From an uncultured Clostridium sp. (GTDB lineage Bacteria > Bacillota > Clostridia > TANB77 > CAG-508), in NCBI GenBank assembly GCA_946496575.1, contig CAMMHE010000001.1, forward strand, positions 42,511-106,510: a DNA stretch of 64,000 nt, read 5' to 3'. Shown here piece by piece: positions 33,689 to 44,026 of the stretch (the first letter of the stretch is position 1; each line of letters starts with the position of its first letter). The notes beneath the pieces are model-generated. The model worked only from the letters and a program-made list of their open reading frames with translations, was not told the origin of the DNA and did not search any database. The translations under genes were made by a program, and so were the position numbers.

Positions 33689-34168
33689 ATGGATGTTTCA
33701 GTGATAATTAATAATACAAAATTTAATTATAGAGTAGCTACTCTGATAAAGAATGATGACAAACTTTTATTGCATAAAAGTAAAGAAGATGATTTTTATG
33801 CAATCCCTGGTGGGAGAATTATGATAGGTGAAAACTCCGAAAATGCATTGAAAAGAGAGCTTCAAGAAGAAATAGGAGCAAAAATAAATATAAAAGACTA
33901 TTTAGGAACAGTAGAAAATTTCTTTGAGTACAATGAAAAAAAATACCATGAAGTCATGATTGTTTATGAGTCTACTTTTGATAGCAATTCAGATTTTTAT
34001 GAAAAAGAAAAAATAATAGGATTAGAAGAAAATGGAAAAATAGAATTTGTTTGGAAAACAATTGACGAAATCAAAAAATTGGATTTACGTCCCCTATTTT
34101 TAAAAGAAAGTATTATCTCAAATACAAAAATAAATCATTTAATAAATAATGCCATTAAACAGCTATAA
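33689..34168 (+). CDS. Nudix hydrolase (159 aa; start at internal ATG with RBS GTGAGGAG)
   Basis: Nudix box GGRIMIGENSENALKRELQEEIG. Confidence 0.75.
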   Translation: MDVSVIINNTKFNYRVATLIKNDDKLLLHKSKEDDFYAIPGGRIMIGENSENALKRELQEEIGAKINIKDYLGTVENFFEYNEKKYHEVMIVYESTFDSNSDFYEKEKIIGLEENGKIEFVWKTIDEIKKLDLRPLFLKESIISNTKINHLINNAIKQL

Positions 34169-34201
34169 AAAAGTTCTCTACGATAATCGTAGAGAACTTT
34201 T

Positions 34202-35035
34202 TTATTCGCTGTAAGTACGCAGAATTTCACTAATCACGTTAATTTTCAGAATTTTAAAAATATTTAGTACATTCGGTTGTGTATTAACATCTGATATTAA
34301 CGGAAGCTCTGCTTTTTGATATAGCATGTCTATTCCTGCAAATGTAATTCCTAATGTTCTACAGCATTTAATTGCTTTTTGTTCATCATCATAAGATAAG
34401 GAACACCTTTCATACCTATACGAACCATCTTTCATAGTAATCCGTTTGAAGCTTGACAAAACTTTGTGTTGAGTAGCAAAAACTTTAATTTCTATACTAG
34501 GCGAAAGAGTTAAGTACTCTTGCAATGCTATTCGCTCATTCATTGGTCTAGTCAGAAGAAATTCATTAAGCATATTCATATCTTTTAATACAAAAACATT
34601 GTTTTCTAAAGCACTATCTTCTAATTTTGCTACTATTGGAAATCCAATTTTTTTTGCAATTATATCTTGAAAACGTAAAGCCATTTTTACATTTGTCACT
34701 ATTGTATTTGGAATTAATCTTTCCTTTTTCAAACACTTATACGTTTCAAGCTTATTTTCACAAATAATTGCAGAAATTGGATTATTATATACCTTGATTC
34801 CAAGACTTTGGATTTGCTTAGCTAATTCCCAAGACTTATCCCAAAATAAAACGCAATCTGGCACGAATTGTATCCCGGAAAAGTAATAATCAAAATCACT
34901 TTTTAGTTTGGAAGCAGGTACTTTTACGCATAAAATATTCTCATCGCAGAATGTTTTAAAAATGAATTCTACAATTCGAAAGTATTCTTCAGAAGTAGAA
35001 GCATCATTATAAACAATCCACCATTTCTTTTTCAT
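34202..35035 (-). CDS. ATP-grasp enzyme (RimK/glutathione-synthetase-like ligase); start at MKKKWW (35035)
   Basis: ATP-grasp core (…KIGFPIVAKLEDSALENNVFVL…ALQEYL…IKVFATQHKV…AGIDML); start is coupled to the stop of the upstream gene (TAAAATG). Confidence 0.6.
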   Translation of the reverse strand: MKKKWWIVYNDASTSEEYFRIVEFIFKTFCDENILCVKVPASKLKSDFDYYFSGIQFVPDCVLFWDKSWELAKQIQSLGIKVYNNPISAIICENKLETYKCLKKERLIPNTIVTNVKMALRFQDIIAKKIGFPIVAKLEDSALENNVFVLKDMNMLNEFLLTRPMNERIALQEYLTLSPSIEIKVFATQHKVLSSFKRITMKDGSYRYERCSLSYDDEQKAIKCCRTLGITFAGIDMLYQKAELPLISDVNTQPNVLNIFKILKINVISEILRTYSE

Positions 35036-35036
35036 T

Positions 35037-36131
35037 TTATCCCTCCAATAGCTGTTTAGTTTTGGTGTAAAGTTCTTCATCATGAATATCTTTACCAAAT
35101 CTGACAAGATATACAAGTACAGAAGAAACTATTTTTTCAATAGACCTACTCGCCTCTCTTTCAAGTTCGTAATCGCTTGTATGTCTAGGGTATATCCAAG
35201 GCTTTCTAAGCGATTCATAATCAATTGGTGTAAAGCATGTTTCATGCATTAATTTTATAGCGTCTTTATTAGATAGTAACCGACTTTCAAAACAAAGAGA
35301 TCTTTCAAAATCGATTTTTGAAAATATTACCATATCCAGTGTTGAAGTTTGTTGAAATGTTGTATCCGGAAAGAAAGTTGGAACATCTGCCAACGGAATT
35401 GGAAAGCTTGTTCTACCTTCTTTAAAAGATTTAGGTAAATGATATTTCCCACTAGCAAGTACATGTTTTTTTAAAAATGCATTATTTTCAATGCTCCCCA
35501 ACTTATAAACTACTGGGATTGGAAAATAGTCCATTTTAGCAGCTCCATTCAAGTACAGGAAAGTGCGATCATTACTAATAATAGATGACTTACCTGCCGA
35601 AAGAAGTTTTGAAAAATATGTAGTTTTTCCGGAACCCTCATTTCCTAAAATGCATATTCCATGTCCATCGGTAACTAAAGATGTGCCATGCATAAATAAC
35701 TTTCCGCTATTTTCTTCTAATCGTACAATAATTTCACGAATCAAACGAAAAACATATTTAGTTGTATTACGGATACCATCCCCAATCACAATGTAATGCT
35801 GGTTTGAAAGTTTCCGAACAATGTACTTGTCTGGAAGTTGCATATAACATTCTTCTGAATCAACAAGTGCTTCCATGTGATATTCATTCTCAAAAGTGCA
35901 AATAATTCTTGTGTTCGAGGATTCAATCAACTTTTTATATTTCAAAAACATTCTTTGTTCTTCAATATATTCAATAAGAATTTGATTGTCATTATCACAA
36001 TCCTCAAAACTAGGTTCAGAATAGCAAAACTTTGCAATATGGTTAATTTGATTTTGAAGAAGATCCAAATAGTCAGTAGAAATTACAAATACATTTCCTA
36101 GGATTAAATAGGAAACTCTATACTTACTCAT
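35037..36131 (-). CDS. HPr-kinase-related P-loop kinase-like protein (364 aa)
   Basis: LFMHGTSLVTDGHGICILGNEGSGKTTYFSKLL matches the HprK/P C-terminal domain P-loop; RBS AAGGAGG. Confidence 0.5.
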   Translation of the reverse strand: MSKYRVSYLILGNVFVISTDYLDLLQNQINHIAKFCYSEPSFEDCDNDNQILIEYIEEQRMFLKYKKLIESSNTRIICTFENEYHMEALVDSEECYMQLPDKYIVRKLSNQHYIVIGDGIRNTTKYVFRLIREIIVRLEENSGKLFMHGTSLVTDGHGICILGNEGSGKTTYFSKLLSAGKSSIISNDRTFLYLNGAAKMDYFPIPVVYKLGSIENNAFLKKHVLASGKYHLPKSFKEGRTSFPIPLADVPTFFPDTTFQQTSTLDMVIFSKIDFERSLCFESRLLSNKDAIKLMHETCFTPIDYESLRKPWIYPRHTSDYELEREASRSIEKIVSSVLVYLVRFGKDIHDEELYTKTKQLLEG

Positions 36132-36205
36132 AAATATTCCTCCTTAAATTAAGTATGGTTTTTATAGGTAAACTGCTCTTGGCAGTAAATAAAATTTACA
36201 TATAT

Positions 36206-36233
36206 ATTATATACGAATTATGTAAATTGTCAA
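36206..36233 (-). promoter_or_regulatory. sigma-A promoter for the HprK-like/ATP-grasp operon
   Basis: On the minus strand: TTGACA-16-TATAAT, ~70 nt upstream of the 36131 start. Confidence 0.4.
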
Positions 36234-36410
36234 TTTTTTACAACTCTTTTCTTCCTTTCATTTTTACCTTTTCTTACCGCTTTTTATCATTTGACCATAC
36301 ACCCTTTTTTTCACTCTCCACTCCTTACCTATATCGTATCTTTTAAACTAGATACACTCTTATTCCTTCAAACTCTTTATTCCCAATAATTTAAGTCTTA
36401 CATAAATATA

Positions 36411-36467
36411 CGCTTTAATGAGTCAAAAAAATGTGCCAACCGGATACTTATGATTATCCATTTCTAT
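36411..36467 (+). repeat. ~57-bp imperfect direct repeat, copy 2
   Basis: See copy 1 at 30992..31048. Confidence 0.5.
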
Positions 36468-36595
36468 GGTATTTTGTTTTCACTTCTGATAAGAAAAAAA
36501 TCGCTCCAGATTTATTTCTAAATCTAAAGCAATTTTATTTTTTTATTTATATATTTTATTTTCACAGGTGATTGCTTATTTTATGTTGGTAAAAT

Positions 36596-36859
36596 TTACA
36601 ATGCAAGATGTGAAGCGTTACTATCTATACTAAGACCTAATAATTCTGTATTAAGTTTTTGAAAATATGTATTAGCTTTGGAAAATGCTATAAATTCTGT
36701 CGTACATACGGGGGTAAAATCTCCAGGATGCGAAAAAAATACTAACCATTTTCCTCTATAATCTTGTAATTTAATATTTCCATATGTAGTTTCAGCTTCA
36801 AAATCAGGTGCAATTTGACCTATTTTTACATTTCCATTCATCATTAATTCATAGTCCAT
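36596..36859 (-). pseudogene. peroxiredoxin N-terminal fragment (87 aa, peroxidatic Cys region)
   Basis: [24 protein letters not shown]...[15 protein letters not shown]...[13 protein letters not shown] then premature stop; RBS GAAGGGAGAG; the 229-aa ORF-track entry is an artefactual upstream extension. Confidence 0.8.
36601..36622. repeat. 22-bp direct repeat copy 2 (ATGCAAGATGTGAAGCGTTACT)
   Basis: Exact match to 28507..28528. Confidence 0.75.
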
Positions 36860-37038
36860 AAATACTCTCCCTTCATATTTTTTATATATTATGAATAATA
36901 ATTTTATAATGTTACCATATAAACTAAAGTAAAAAATAAAAAACATTTTTAAAAATAAATTAAAAAAATATAGCAATACAAATACAAATATGATATAATG
37001 CAAACGAATGGAAAAGTAAGATATGTGGAGGTGAAAGT

Positions 37039-37179
37039 ATGAATAAATATAAATGTAGTATATGTGGATACATATATGATGAGGAGGCAGAAGGAGTAAA
37101 ATTTGAAGATTTACCAGATACTTGGGTATGCCCACTTTGTGGAGTAGGGAAGGAAATGTTTGAAAAGGTAGAAGAGTAA
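37039..37179 (+). CDS. rubredoxin (46 aa)
   Basis: Two CxxCG knuckles: CSICGYIYD...[10 protein letters not shown]. Confidence 0.8.
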   Translation: MNKYKCSICGYIYDEEAEGVKFEDLPDTWVCPLCGVGKEMFEKVEE

Positions 37180-37203
37180 AATTAGAAATAGGAGGAAATA
37201 AAA

Positions 37204-37743
37204 ATGGAATTAAAAGGATCAAAAACAGAAAAAAATTTAATGGAAGCATTTGCAGGAGAATCACAAGCAAGAAATAAATATACATATTTTGCTAGCAAAG
37301 CAAAAAAAGAAGGATATGAGCAAATAGCAGCTTTATTTCAAGAAACAGCTGATAATGAAAAAGAACACGCAAAATTATGGTTTAAATTACTACATGGAGG
37401 AGATGTTCCATCAACAGTAGAAAACTTAAAAGAAGCAGCTGAAGGAGAAAACTATGAATGGACAGATATGTATGAAAGAATGGCTAAAGAAGCTAGAGAA
37501 GAAGGATTTGATAAGATTGCATATCTATTTGAAGGAGTTGCAAAAATAGAAAAAGAACATGAAGCAAGATATCTAAAACTATTAGATAATGTAGAAAACG
37601 GATTAGTATTTTCAAAAGATGGAGACACAATTTGGAAATGCAGAAACTGTGGACATATTGTAATAGGAAAATCAGCACCAGAGGTATGTCCTGTTTGCAA
37701 TCATTCACAAGCATATTTTGAAGTAAAAGCTGAAAATTATTAA
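37204..37743 (+). CDS. rbr: rubrerythrin
   Basis: Ferritin-like diiron domain ([16 protein letters not shown]...EKEH...) plus C-terminal rubredoxin-like CRNCGH...CPVC. Confidence 0.85.
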   Translation: MELKGSKTEKNLMEAFAGESQARNKYTYFASKAKKEGYEQIAALFQETADNEKEHAKLWFKLLHGGDVPSTVENLKEAAEGENYEWTDMYERMAKEAREEGFDKIAYLFEGVAKIEKEHEARYLKLLDNVENGLVFSKDGDTIWKCRNCGHIVIGKSAPEVCPVCNHSQAYFEVKAENY

Positions 37744-37949
37744 TTTCAAAAAAATCAGGGAACTGTAATATTTAGCAGTTCCTTTATAAATGAGGAAAAC
37801 TAAATAATTATGCTCCATATTAAATTAAGTAAGACTTATTTTTATAGAAATTAGTTAAAAATTAAATAAATTTTTTCAACTAATAAGAATAAAAAAACTT
37901 AAATAAGGAATAATACAAAAAGAAAGCTTTTGAAAAGAGGAAAAAATTT

Positions 37950-38114
37950 ATGGAAAAAAAGCAAAAAATAAATTGCACAGTTAAAAGTTGCAAATATAAT
38001 GATAACGAGCATAAAGAATGTGATTTAGAGGCAATAATAGTAACCCCTGTAAAAAATTGTAATACCAGTAAGCCAGATGAATCACAATGTTCAAGTTATA
38101 AAAATCGCACTTAG
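37950..38114 (+). CDS. small Cys-rich protein (DUF1540-like, 54 aa)
   Basis: CTVKSCKYN...CDL...VKNC...SQC pattern. Confidence 0.45.
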   Translation: MEKKQKINCTVKSCKYNDNEHKECDLEAIIVTPVKNCNTSKPDESQCSSYKNRT

Positions 38115-38211
38115 GAAAACCTAAATGCGATTTTTATTAAACATTCATATTGACATATTAAAAAAATAGAAATAAAATATCTATATAAAATTAGTAAAAA
38201 GGAGTGATTTT

Positions 38212-39144
38212 ATGCCATTAGTAACAACAACAGAAATGTTCAAAAAATCAATGAAAGAAGGTTTTGCAATAGGAGCATTTAATGTAAATAATATGGAAAT
38301 AATACAGGCAATTGTAGACGCAGCAGCAGAAGCAAATTCACCAGTAATCTTACAAGCATCATCAAGTGCTATAAAATATGCGAGAATAAATTATCTAATG
38401 AAAATGGTAGAGGCAGCACTAGAAGAACATCCCAATATTCCAGTTGCAATACATTTAGACCATGGTCCAGATTTTCAAACTTGTAAAATGTGTATAGATG
38501 CAAATTTCACATCAGTTATGATAGATGGATCAAAATATAATTTCGAAGAAAATGTAGCACTTACAAAACAAGTAGTAGATTATGCACATTCAAAAGGGGT
38601 AGTTGTAGAGGCAGAATTAGGAAAACTTGCTGGAATTGAAGATGATGTAAATGTTTCAGAAAGTGATGCAATTTATACAGACCCAGCACAGGCAGAAGAA
38701 TTTGTGAAAAGAACAGGATGTGATTCTTTAGCAATAGCAATAGGAACAAGTCATGGAGCATATAAATTTAAAGGAGAAGCAAAATTAAGATTTGATATAT
38801 TAAAAGAAATAAAAGCACGTATTCCAGAAACACCTATAGTTTTACATGGAGCATCAACAGTAATTCCAGAATTAGTAGAAATGTGTAACCAATATGGTGG
38901 AGATATACCAGGAGCTAAAGGTGTACCAGATGAAATGTTAAATGAAGCAAGTAAGTCTGGAGTTTCAAAAATAAATGTAGATACAGATTTAAGATTAGCA
39001 ATGACAGCAGGAATAAGAAAAGTATTTCATGATGATCCAAGTGCATTTGATCCAAGAAAATATTTAACACCTGCACGTGATTTAATAAAACAAACAGTAA
39101 AACATAAAATGATAGATGTATTTGGTTCAAGCAACAAAGCATAA
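38212..39144 (+). CDS. fba: fructose-bisphosphate aldolase, class II
   Basis: …NSPVILQASSSAIKYA…AIHLDHG…GTSHGAYKF… class II FBA motifs. Confidence 0.85.
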   Translation: MPLVTTTEMFKKSMKEGFAIGAFNVNNMEIIQAIVDAAAEANSPVILQASSSAIKYARINYLMKMVEAALEEHPNIPVAIHLDHGPDFQTCKMCIDANFTSVMIDGSKYNFEENVALTKQVVDYAHSKGVVVEAELGKLAGIEDDVNVSESDAIYTDPAQAEEFVKRTGCDSLAIAIGTSHGAYKFKGEAKLRFDILKEIKARIPETPIVLHGASTVIPELVEMCNQYGGDIPGAKGVPDEMLNEASKSGVSKINVDTDLRLAMTAGIRKVFHDDPSAFDPRKYLTPARDLIKQTVKHKMIDVFGSSNKA

Positions 39145-39210
39145 AAAATCCATCTAGAATACAGATGGATTTTATAATTTAACCAAAATTAAAATGGAGG
39201 TAAATTTTAA

Positions 39211-40608
39211 ATGGAAGAAAATTTAAAAGATAAACTTTTTAACAAAAAAGAAACAGGATGGAAACAGCTAGATATAAGGCAGAAAGAAGATATATTTACT
39301 TTTAGTAATGGATATATTAATTTCTTGAATAAAGCAAAAACAGAAAGAGAAGCTATTGCAGAAGCAAAACAAATTGCAGAAGCTAATGGATTTAAAGATA
39401 TATCAAATTTTACAAATTTAGTTCCTGGAGATAAAGTATATTTCATTAATAGAGATAAAAGTATGTATTTAGCTGTAATTGGAACAGAGAAAATAGAAAA
39501 AGGAATGCACATAATTGGTTCACACGTTGATTCACCAAGGTTAGATTTAAAACCAAATCCATTATATGAAGATGGTGGATTTGCATATTTTAAAACTCAC
39601 TATTATGGAGGAATAAAAAAATATCAATGGACTACAATTCCAATTAGTATACATGGTGTACTGGTAAAAACCACAGGTGAAAAGATATATTTAAACATTG
39701 GTGAAGATGAAAATGATCCAGTATTTACAATTACAGACTTATTACCACATTTAGCACAGGAACAAATGGAGAAAAAGTTAAAAAGTGCAATTGATGGGGA
39801 AGATTTAAATCTTCTAATAGGAAGTATCCCTTATGAAGGTGAAAAAGAACCAGATGCAGTAAAATTAAACATAATGAATATATTGAATCAAAAATATGGA
39901 ATTACAGAAAAAGATTTTGTAAGTAGTGAAATAGAGCTAGTACCTAGTTTTAAAGCAAGAAGTCTAGGATTTGACTCAAGTATGGTTGCAGGTTATGGTC
40001 AAGATGATAGAGTATGTGCATACACTTCATTAATGGCAATGATGCAAATATCAAATATAAAAAATACAGCTATATGTATTTTATCTGATAAAGAAGAAAT
40101 TGGAAGCATGGGAAACACAGGAATGGAATCTCATATGTTTGATTATTTTGTATCTGAATTATTAAATAAATCTGGAGAAAATAGACCAAACTTATTAGAT
40201 AAAGTATTTTGCTATTCAAAAATGCTTTCATCAGATGTTGATGCTGGTTTTGATCCAATTTATGCAGCTGTATCAGAAAAAAATAATGCAGGTTTTTTAG
40301 GAAAAGGTATATCACTTAATAAATATACAGGTGCACGTGGAAAATCAGGAGCATCAGATGCAAATGCAGAATATGTTGCATGGATTAGAAATATGTTAGA
40401 AGAAAATGAAATCAAATATCAAGTATGTGAACTTGGAAAAGTTGATATAGGTGGTGGCGGAACAATCGCATATATTCTAGCCAATAAAGGTGTTGACGTT
40501 ATCGATTGTGGCGTACCTGTTCTTTCTATGCATGCTCCTTATGAAGTTACAAGTAAATATGATATTTATTCTGCATTCAAGACATATAAAGCATTTTGGG
40601 AAAAATAA
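39211..40608 (+). CDS. M18-family aminopeptidase
   Basis: 465 aa; M18 pattern (…HIIGSHVDSPRLDLKPNP…; C-terminal …GGGGTIAYILANKGVDVIDCGVPVLSMHAPYE…). Confidence 0.8.
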   Translation: MEENLKDKLFNKKETGWKQLDIRQKEDIFTFSNGYINFLNKAKTEREAIAEAKQIAEANGFKDISNFTNLVPGDKVYFINRDKSMYLAVIGTEKIEKGMHIIGSHVDSPRLDLKPNPLYEDGGFAYFKTHYYGGIKKYQWTTIPISIHGVLVKTTGEKIYLNIGEDENDPVFTITDLLPHLAQEQMEKKLKSAIDGEDLNLLIGSIPYEGEKEPDAVKLNIMNILNQKYGITEKDFVSSEIELVPSFKARSLGFDSSMVAGYGQDDRVCAYTSLMAMMQISNIKNTAICILSDKEEIGSMGNTGMESHMFDYFVSELLNKSGENRPNLLDKVFCYSKMLSSDVDAGFDPIYAAVSEKNNAGFLGKGISLNKYTGARGKSGASDANAEYVAWIRNMLEENEIKYQVCELGKVDIGGGGTIAYILANKGVDVIDCGVPVLSMHAPYEVTSKYDIYSAFKTYKAFWEK

Positions 40609-40789
40609 AATTTATATAAAACTATGGTTCGTCTAAAATTAGTGACGTACCATAGTTTTTAGGTAAAAAGTAGTATATAGATGATAATTTATTTATAGAA
40701 GGGTGTATGAATTTTAAAGTTATGCATAACAAAGAGGAGCTAAAAAAAGAATTGGAGAATAGTTAAATATATGAAAATTTGATAATAAT

Positions 40790-41560
40790 ATAATTATTGC
40801 AATACCAGTGTTGAGACAACAGAATCATATAGAAGCCACTATTAAATATTTTAATGAAATTGCTCCAGATATTCCAATTATTATTATAACTACTCAAAAG
40901 GAAATCAAAGAAAATAAGAAAAATAATATATTAACACAAGACATTGTAAAAAATGAAATTTTACCTAAATACGAGAATATATATTGGGTTAACTAACCGT
41001 ATACAGAAGGTTATATGGCAGATCAATTAAATTATATGAAGACATATTCTTAAGAAAGATATAAACATAGAAAATACATATTTAGCATTATATAACGCTG
41101 ATAGTAGACCACATAAAGCAACATTTAAAGAAGCAAATATTAAAATAAAAGAAGGACATAAAATAATACAGCAATATTCATTTGCTTTAAAAATTATGAT
41201 CAGTTAAATAATATATTAAAGGGATTTGCTATATATCAATCGAATTTTGAAATAAAAACAGGTTTGATTAATATTTTTTTAAAAAGTAAATTTTTATATA
41301 CACATATAGTAGGGCACGGACTATTTATTAATATGAAGACATTAAAAGAACTTGGAAATTTTAATACAGACTTTTGGTGTGAAGATATCTATATGGGGTT
41401 ACAACTAAAATTTAATAATATGCAAATAACACCTCTATTAGTATTACAAAATATGGAAACTCCATATACAGTTAATAATTTAATGAAGCAAAATTCTGTA
41501 TGGTTTAAAACAACTAGCAATTTTCTTTTAATATATTTAGTATAAACACAATATTAACAA
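40790..41560 (+). pseudogene. degenerate glycosyltransferase family 2 remnant (several short frames)
   Basis: Fragments such as GHGLFINMKTLKELGNFNTDFWCEDIYMGLQLKFNNMQITP resemble the GT2 C-terminal region; no intact ORF. Confidence 0.3.
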
Positions 41561-41724
41561 TAAAACTAATTAATATCTTAGATAAAAAAGAGTATAAAGT
41601 AAATATAAAAACGATTTTTAATGTCGCTGTAGCAACTTTGATTTCAAATATAGGACCATTATATTCTATCATAATAAATAAAAAAGAAAAACACAAAACT
41701 GAAAGGTAATTTATAGTATGAATA

Positions 41725-42391
41725 GTGGAAGAATATTATCAAGACCAATTATTTAGAGTAGAAATGCAAAAAATAAGAAAAGCAAATAAATTAAGGTTAC
41801 AAGGGCAAAATATTGTAATTGACAAAAGTGCAATTGCAACAGTTGCTACTGCAAGAGCCTTTGAATTGCAAAAAGGATTTAATGGAACATTTAGAAGAGC
41901 ATATATGAAATACAAAGATATGCTAGAAGAATTAAAAGATAGTGGGTTAATAGAATGTTATATATTTATGCTTTTAACAGCAGATTATGATACTATATGT
42001 AAGAGAAACAAAACTAGAAATCATATTTTAGAAGGCATATGGCTTGATGAAGAAACTATAGCAAATCAAAGAGAAGTACTTGAGAAAATGTCAAGAGATA
42101 TAGTTGGTAGTATTAGCAGAAATAAAGAAATATCCTGAAAATAAAAAGTTTTTTACAGATGATGAATGGAATAATATAGATACATTTTTTAATTCATGCA
42201 TAACAAATAAAAATTTTCCTGTGTTTGTTGATTTTGGAATACACTATCCTAGTGCAAATGTAGTTGCAGATGCAGTAAGGAGAGCAGGAGGAACAGATTG
42301 CCATGGAGAGAAAAAAAGTAATAGAAAAATTGGTAAAGGATACGGAAATATGAATGTTAATAAAAATATATTCAAAAAATGGTGTACATAA
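41725..42391 (+). pseudogene. deoxynucleoside-kinase-like remnant (lacks P-loop N-terminus; frame change near 42105)
   Basis: NIVIDKSAIATVATARAFEL...IFMLLTADYDTICKRNKTRNHILEG resembles the dNK/dCK substrate and LID regions. Confidence 0.25.
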
Positions 42392-42472
42392 TAATTAATA
42401 ATAGAATAAAATTAGAAAAATTTATTGACATTTTTGCATGAATATGATATTATAATATTCGTTTAAAGAAAT

Positions 42473-42549
<77 letters not shown>

Positions 42550-42556
42550 AAATATA

Positions 42557-42606
42557 AACCTCTGAAGTACTGAAAAATCAGTATTCACAGAGGTTTTTCT
42601 TTTTTA
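42557..42606 (+). terminator. terminator after tRNA-Arg
   Basis: AACCTCTG...CAGAGGTT hairpin followed by TTTTCTTTTTT. Confidence 0.45.
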
Positions 42607-42635
42607 ATTAATGCAATAACCATGCAATAGATTTT

Positions 42636-42866
42636 TTAAATTCCATTTTGTTTCATATAAATATTATATTTTTCATTTTCGTCTTTATTAAATTTTTCAA
42701 AAACACTTGTATATGTATCTAATGTTGTTTGTATTTTTCTATGTCCTAATATTTGTTGTAAAACTTTAGTAGACATTCCTGCTTCTATACATCTAGTAGC
42801 ATAAGTATGCTTTAGCATGTGAGAAGGAATAACGCTAATAGCACTAGTAATAACAATTTTATTCTC
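42636..42866 (-). pseudogene. tyrosine recombinase/phage integrase C-terminal remnant (~75 aa) next to tRNA-Arg
   Basis: …[40 protein letters not shown]: HxxR and catalytic Tyr region of the integrase family; upstream in-frame stop truncates everything N-terminal. Confidence 0.6.
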
Positions 42867-42904
42867 TTATGACGAAAAATTAAAATGTAGTAATAGCAAA
42901 GGTT

Positions 42905-43621
42905 TCCTCCTTACAACAATTTAGTAAAAATAAAATTCCTGCATATTTAAAGGTAAAAGACGAAAATGAAAGAATTTGGTATATAAATGAAACTATTAAG
43001 AATGGCTGGGCAAGAAGTGTTTTGATTCATCAAATTGAATATGGTCTATATGATAGAGCATCAAAGGAAGAAAAAACACATAATTTTCCAAAAACATTGC
43101 CACAAGTTCAATCAGAGCTAGCAGTACAAACTCTAAAAGATCCATATATATTTGACTTTTTAACTTTATCAAAACAATATAAAGAAAAAGATTTAGAGGA
43201 TCAATTACTCAATTTTTATTGGAATTAGGTGCTGAATTTGCATTTGTGGGTAGGCAATATCATTTAGAGATTGGCGGAGATGATTATTATATAGATTTAT
43301 TGTTTTATCATTTGAAATTAAAATGTTATGTTGTTATTGAGTTAAAAACAGTAGAATTTCAACCAGAATTTGCTCGGGAAACTAAATTTTTATTTGTCAG
43401 CTGTAGATGATATATTAAAGACAAAGGAAGATAATCCATCTATTGGTATTTTATTATGCAAGGAAAAAAATAAAGTAAAAGCAGAATATGCATTAAAAGA
43501 TATAAATAAACCAATAGGAATTTCAAAATATGAATTGATTAAAGCAATACCAGAAGATTTAAAGTCTAATTTGCCAACTGTTGAAGAAATTGAGAGCGAA
43601 ATGGAAGAAAAATTGAAATAA
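42905..43621 (+). pseudogene. DUF1016/YhcG-family PD-(D/E)XK nuclease, N-terminally truncated with two frameshifts (~43215, ~43375)
   Basis: …NGWARSVLIHQIEYGLY…KDPYIFDFL… / LGAEFAFVGRQYHLEIGGDDYYIDLLFYHLKLKCYVVIELK / NFYLSAVDDIL…NPSIGILLCK in three frames. Confidence 0.6.
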
Positions 43622-44026
43622 ATTTAAATTTTGCAACCGCAGTTGCAAAATTATAAAAAAATCGTTTTAGATTTCTAAAGCGATTTTTTTATAACTTCAG
43701 AGTAATACATAAGCTATGTATGATGTTAGCAACTTAAGAAAAAAGTAATAATGTTTGATTATTTTAAACAAAATTGCAGGTATAAAATATTACAAATTTA
43801 TTACAAATGTAGAAAAGTAAGAATATATAAGATATAATAAGTAAAACTAGAGATAAAGGTTAAAAAAAGAGTAATAAAATTATCAGCACGACAAAAGCAA
43901 AAATTGAACTTAAATAAGAAGTATTTTAATAAATAAAAAAATATTATCAAAATAAAATATAAACAAATTTTTACACATAATGAACTGATAATTTTAGGAA
44001 GAATTTTAGGAAGGAACAGATTATCT

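Larger units (their letters stand above)
28529..36622. mobile_element. ~8.1-kb integrative element inserted in the peroxiredoxin gene (serine-recombinase type, skin/SPbeta-like intervening element or prophage remnant)
   Basis: Splits one prx ORF into two fragments that rejoin perfectly; flanked by 22-bp direct repeats; large serine recombinase at the left end reading outward; cargo operons inside. Confidence 0.7.

Noticed and set aside
36596-37285. 229-aa minus-strand ORF-track entry
   Set aside because: Only the last 87 codons (36596..36859) are the peroxiredoxin N-terminal fragment. The upstream 140 codons run antisense through the rubredoxin gene and promoter and are low-complexity.
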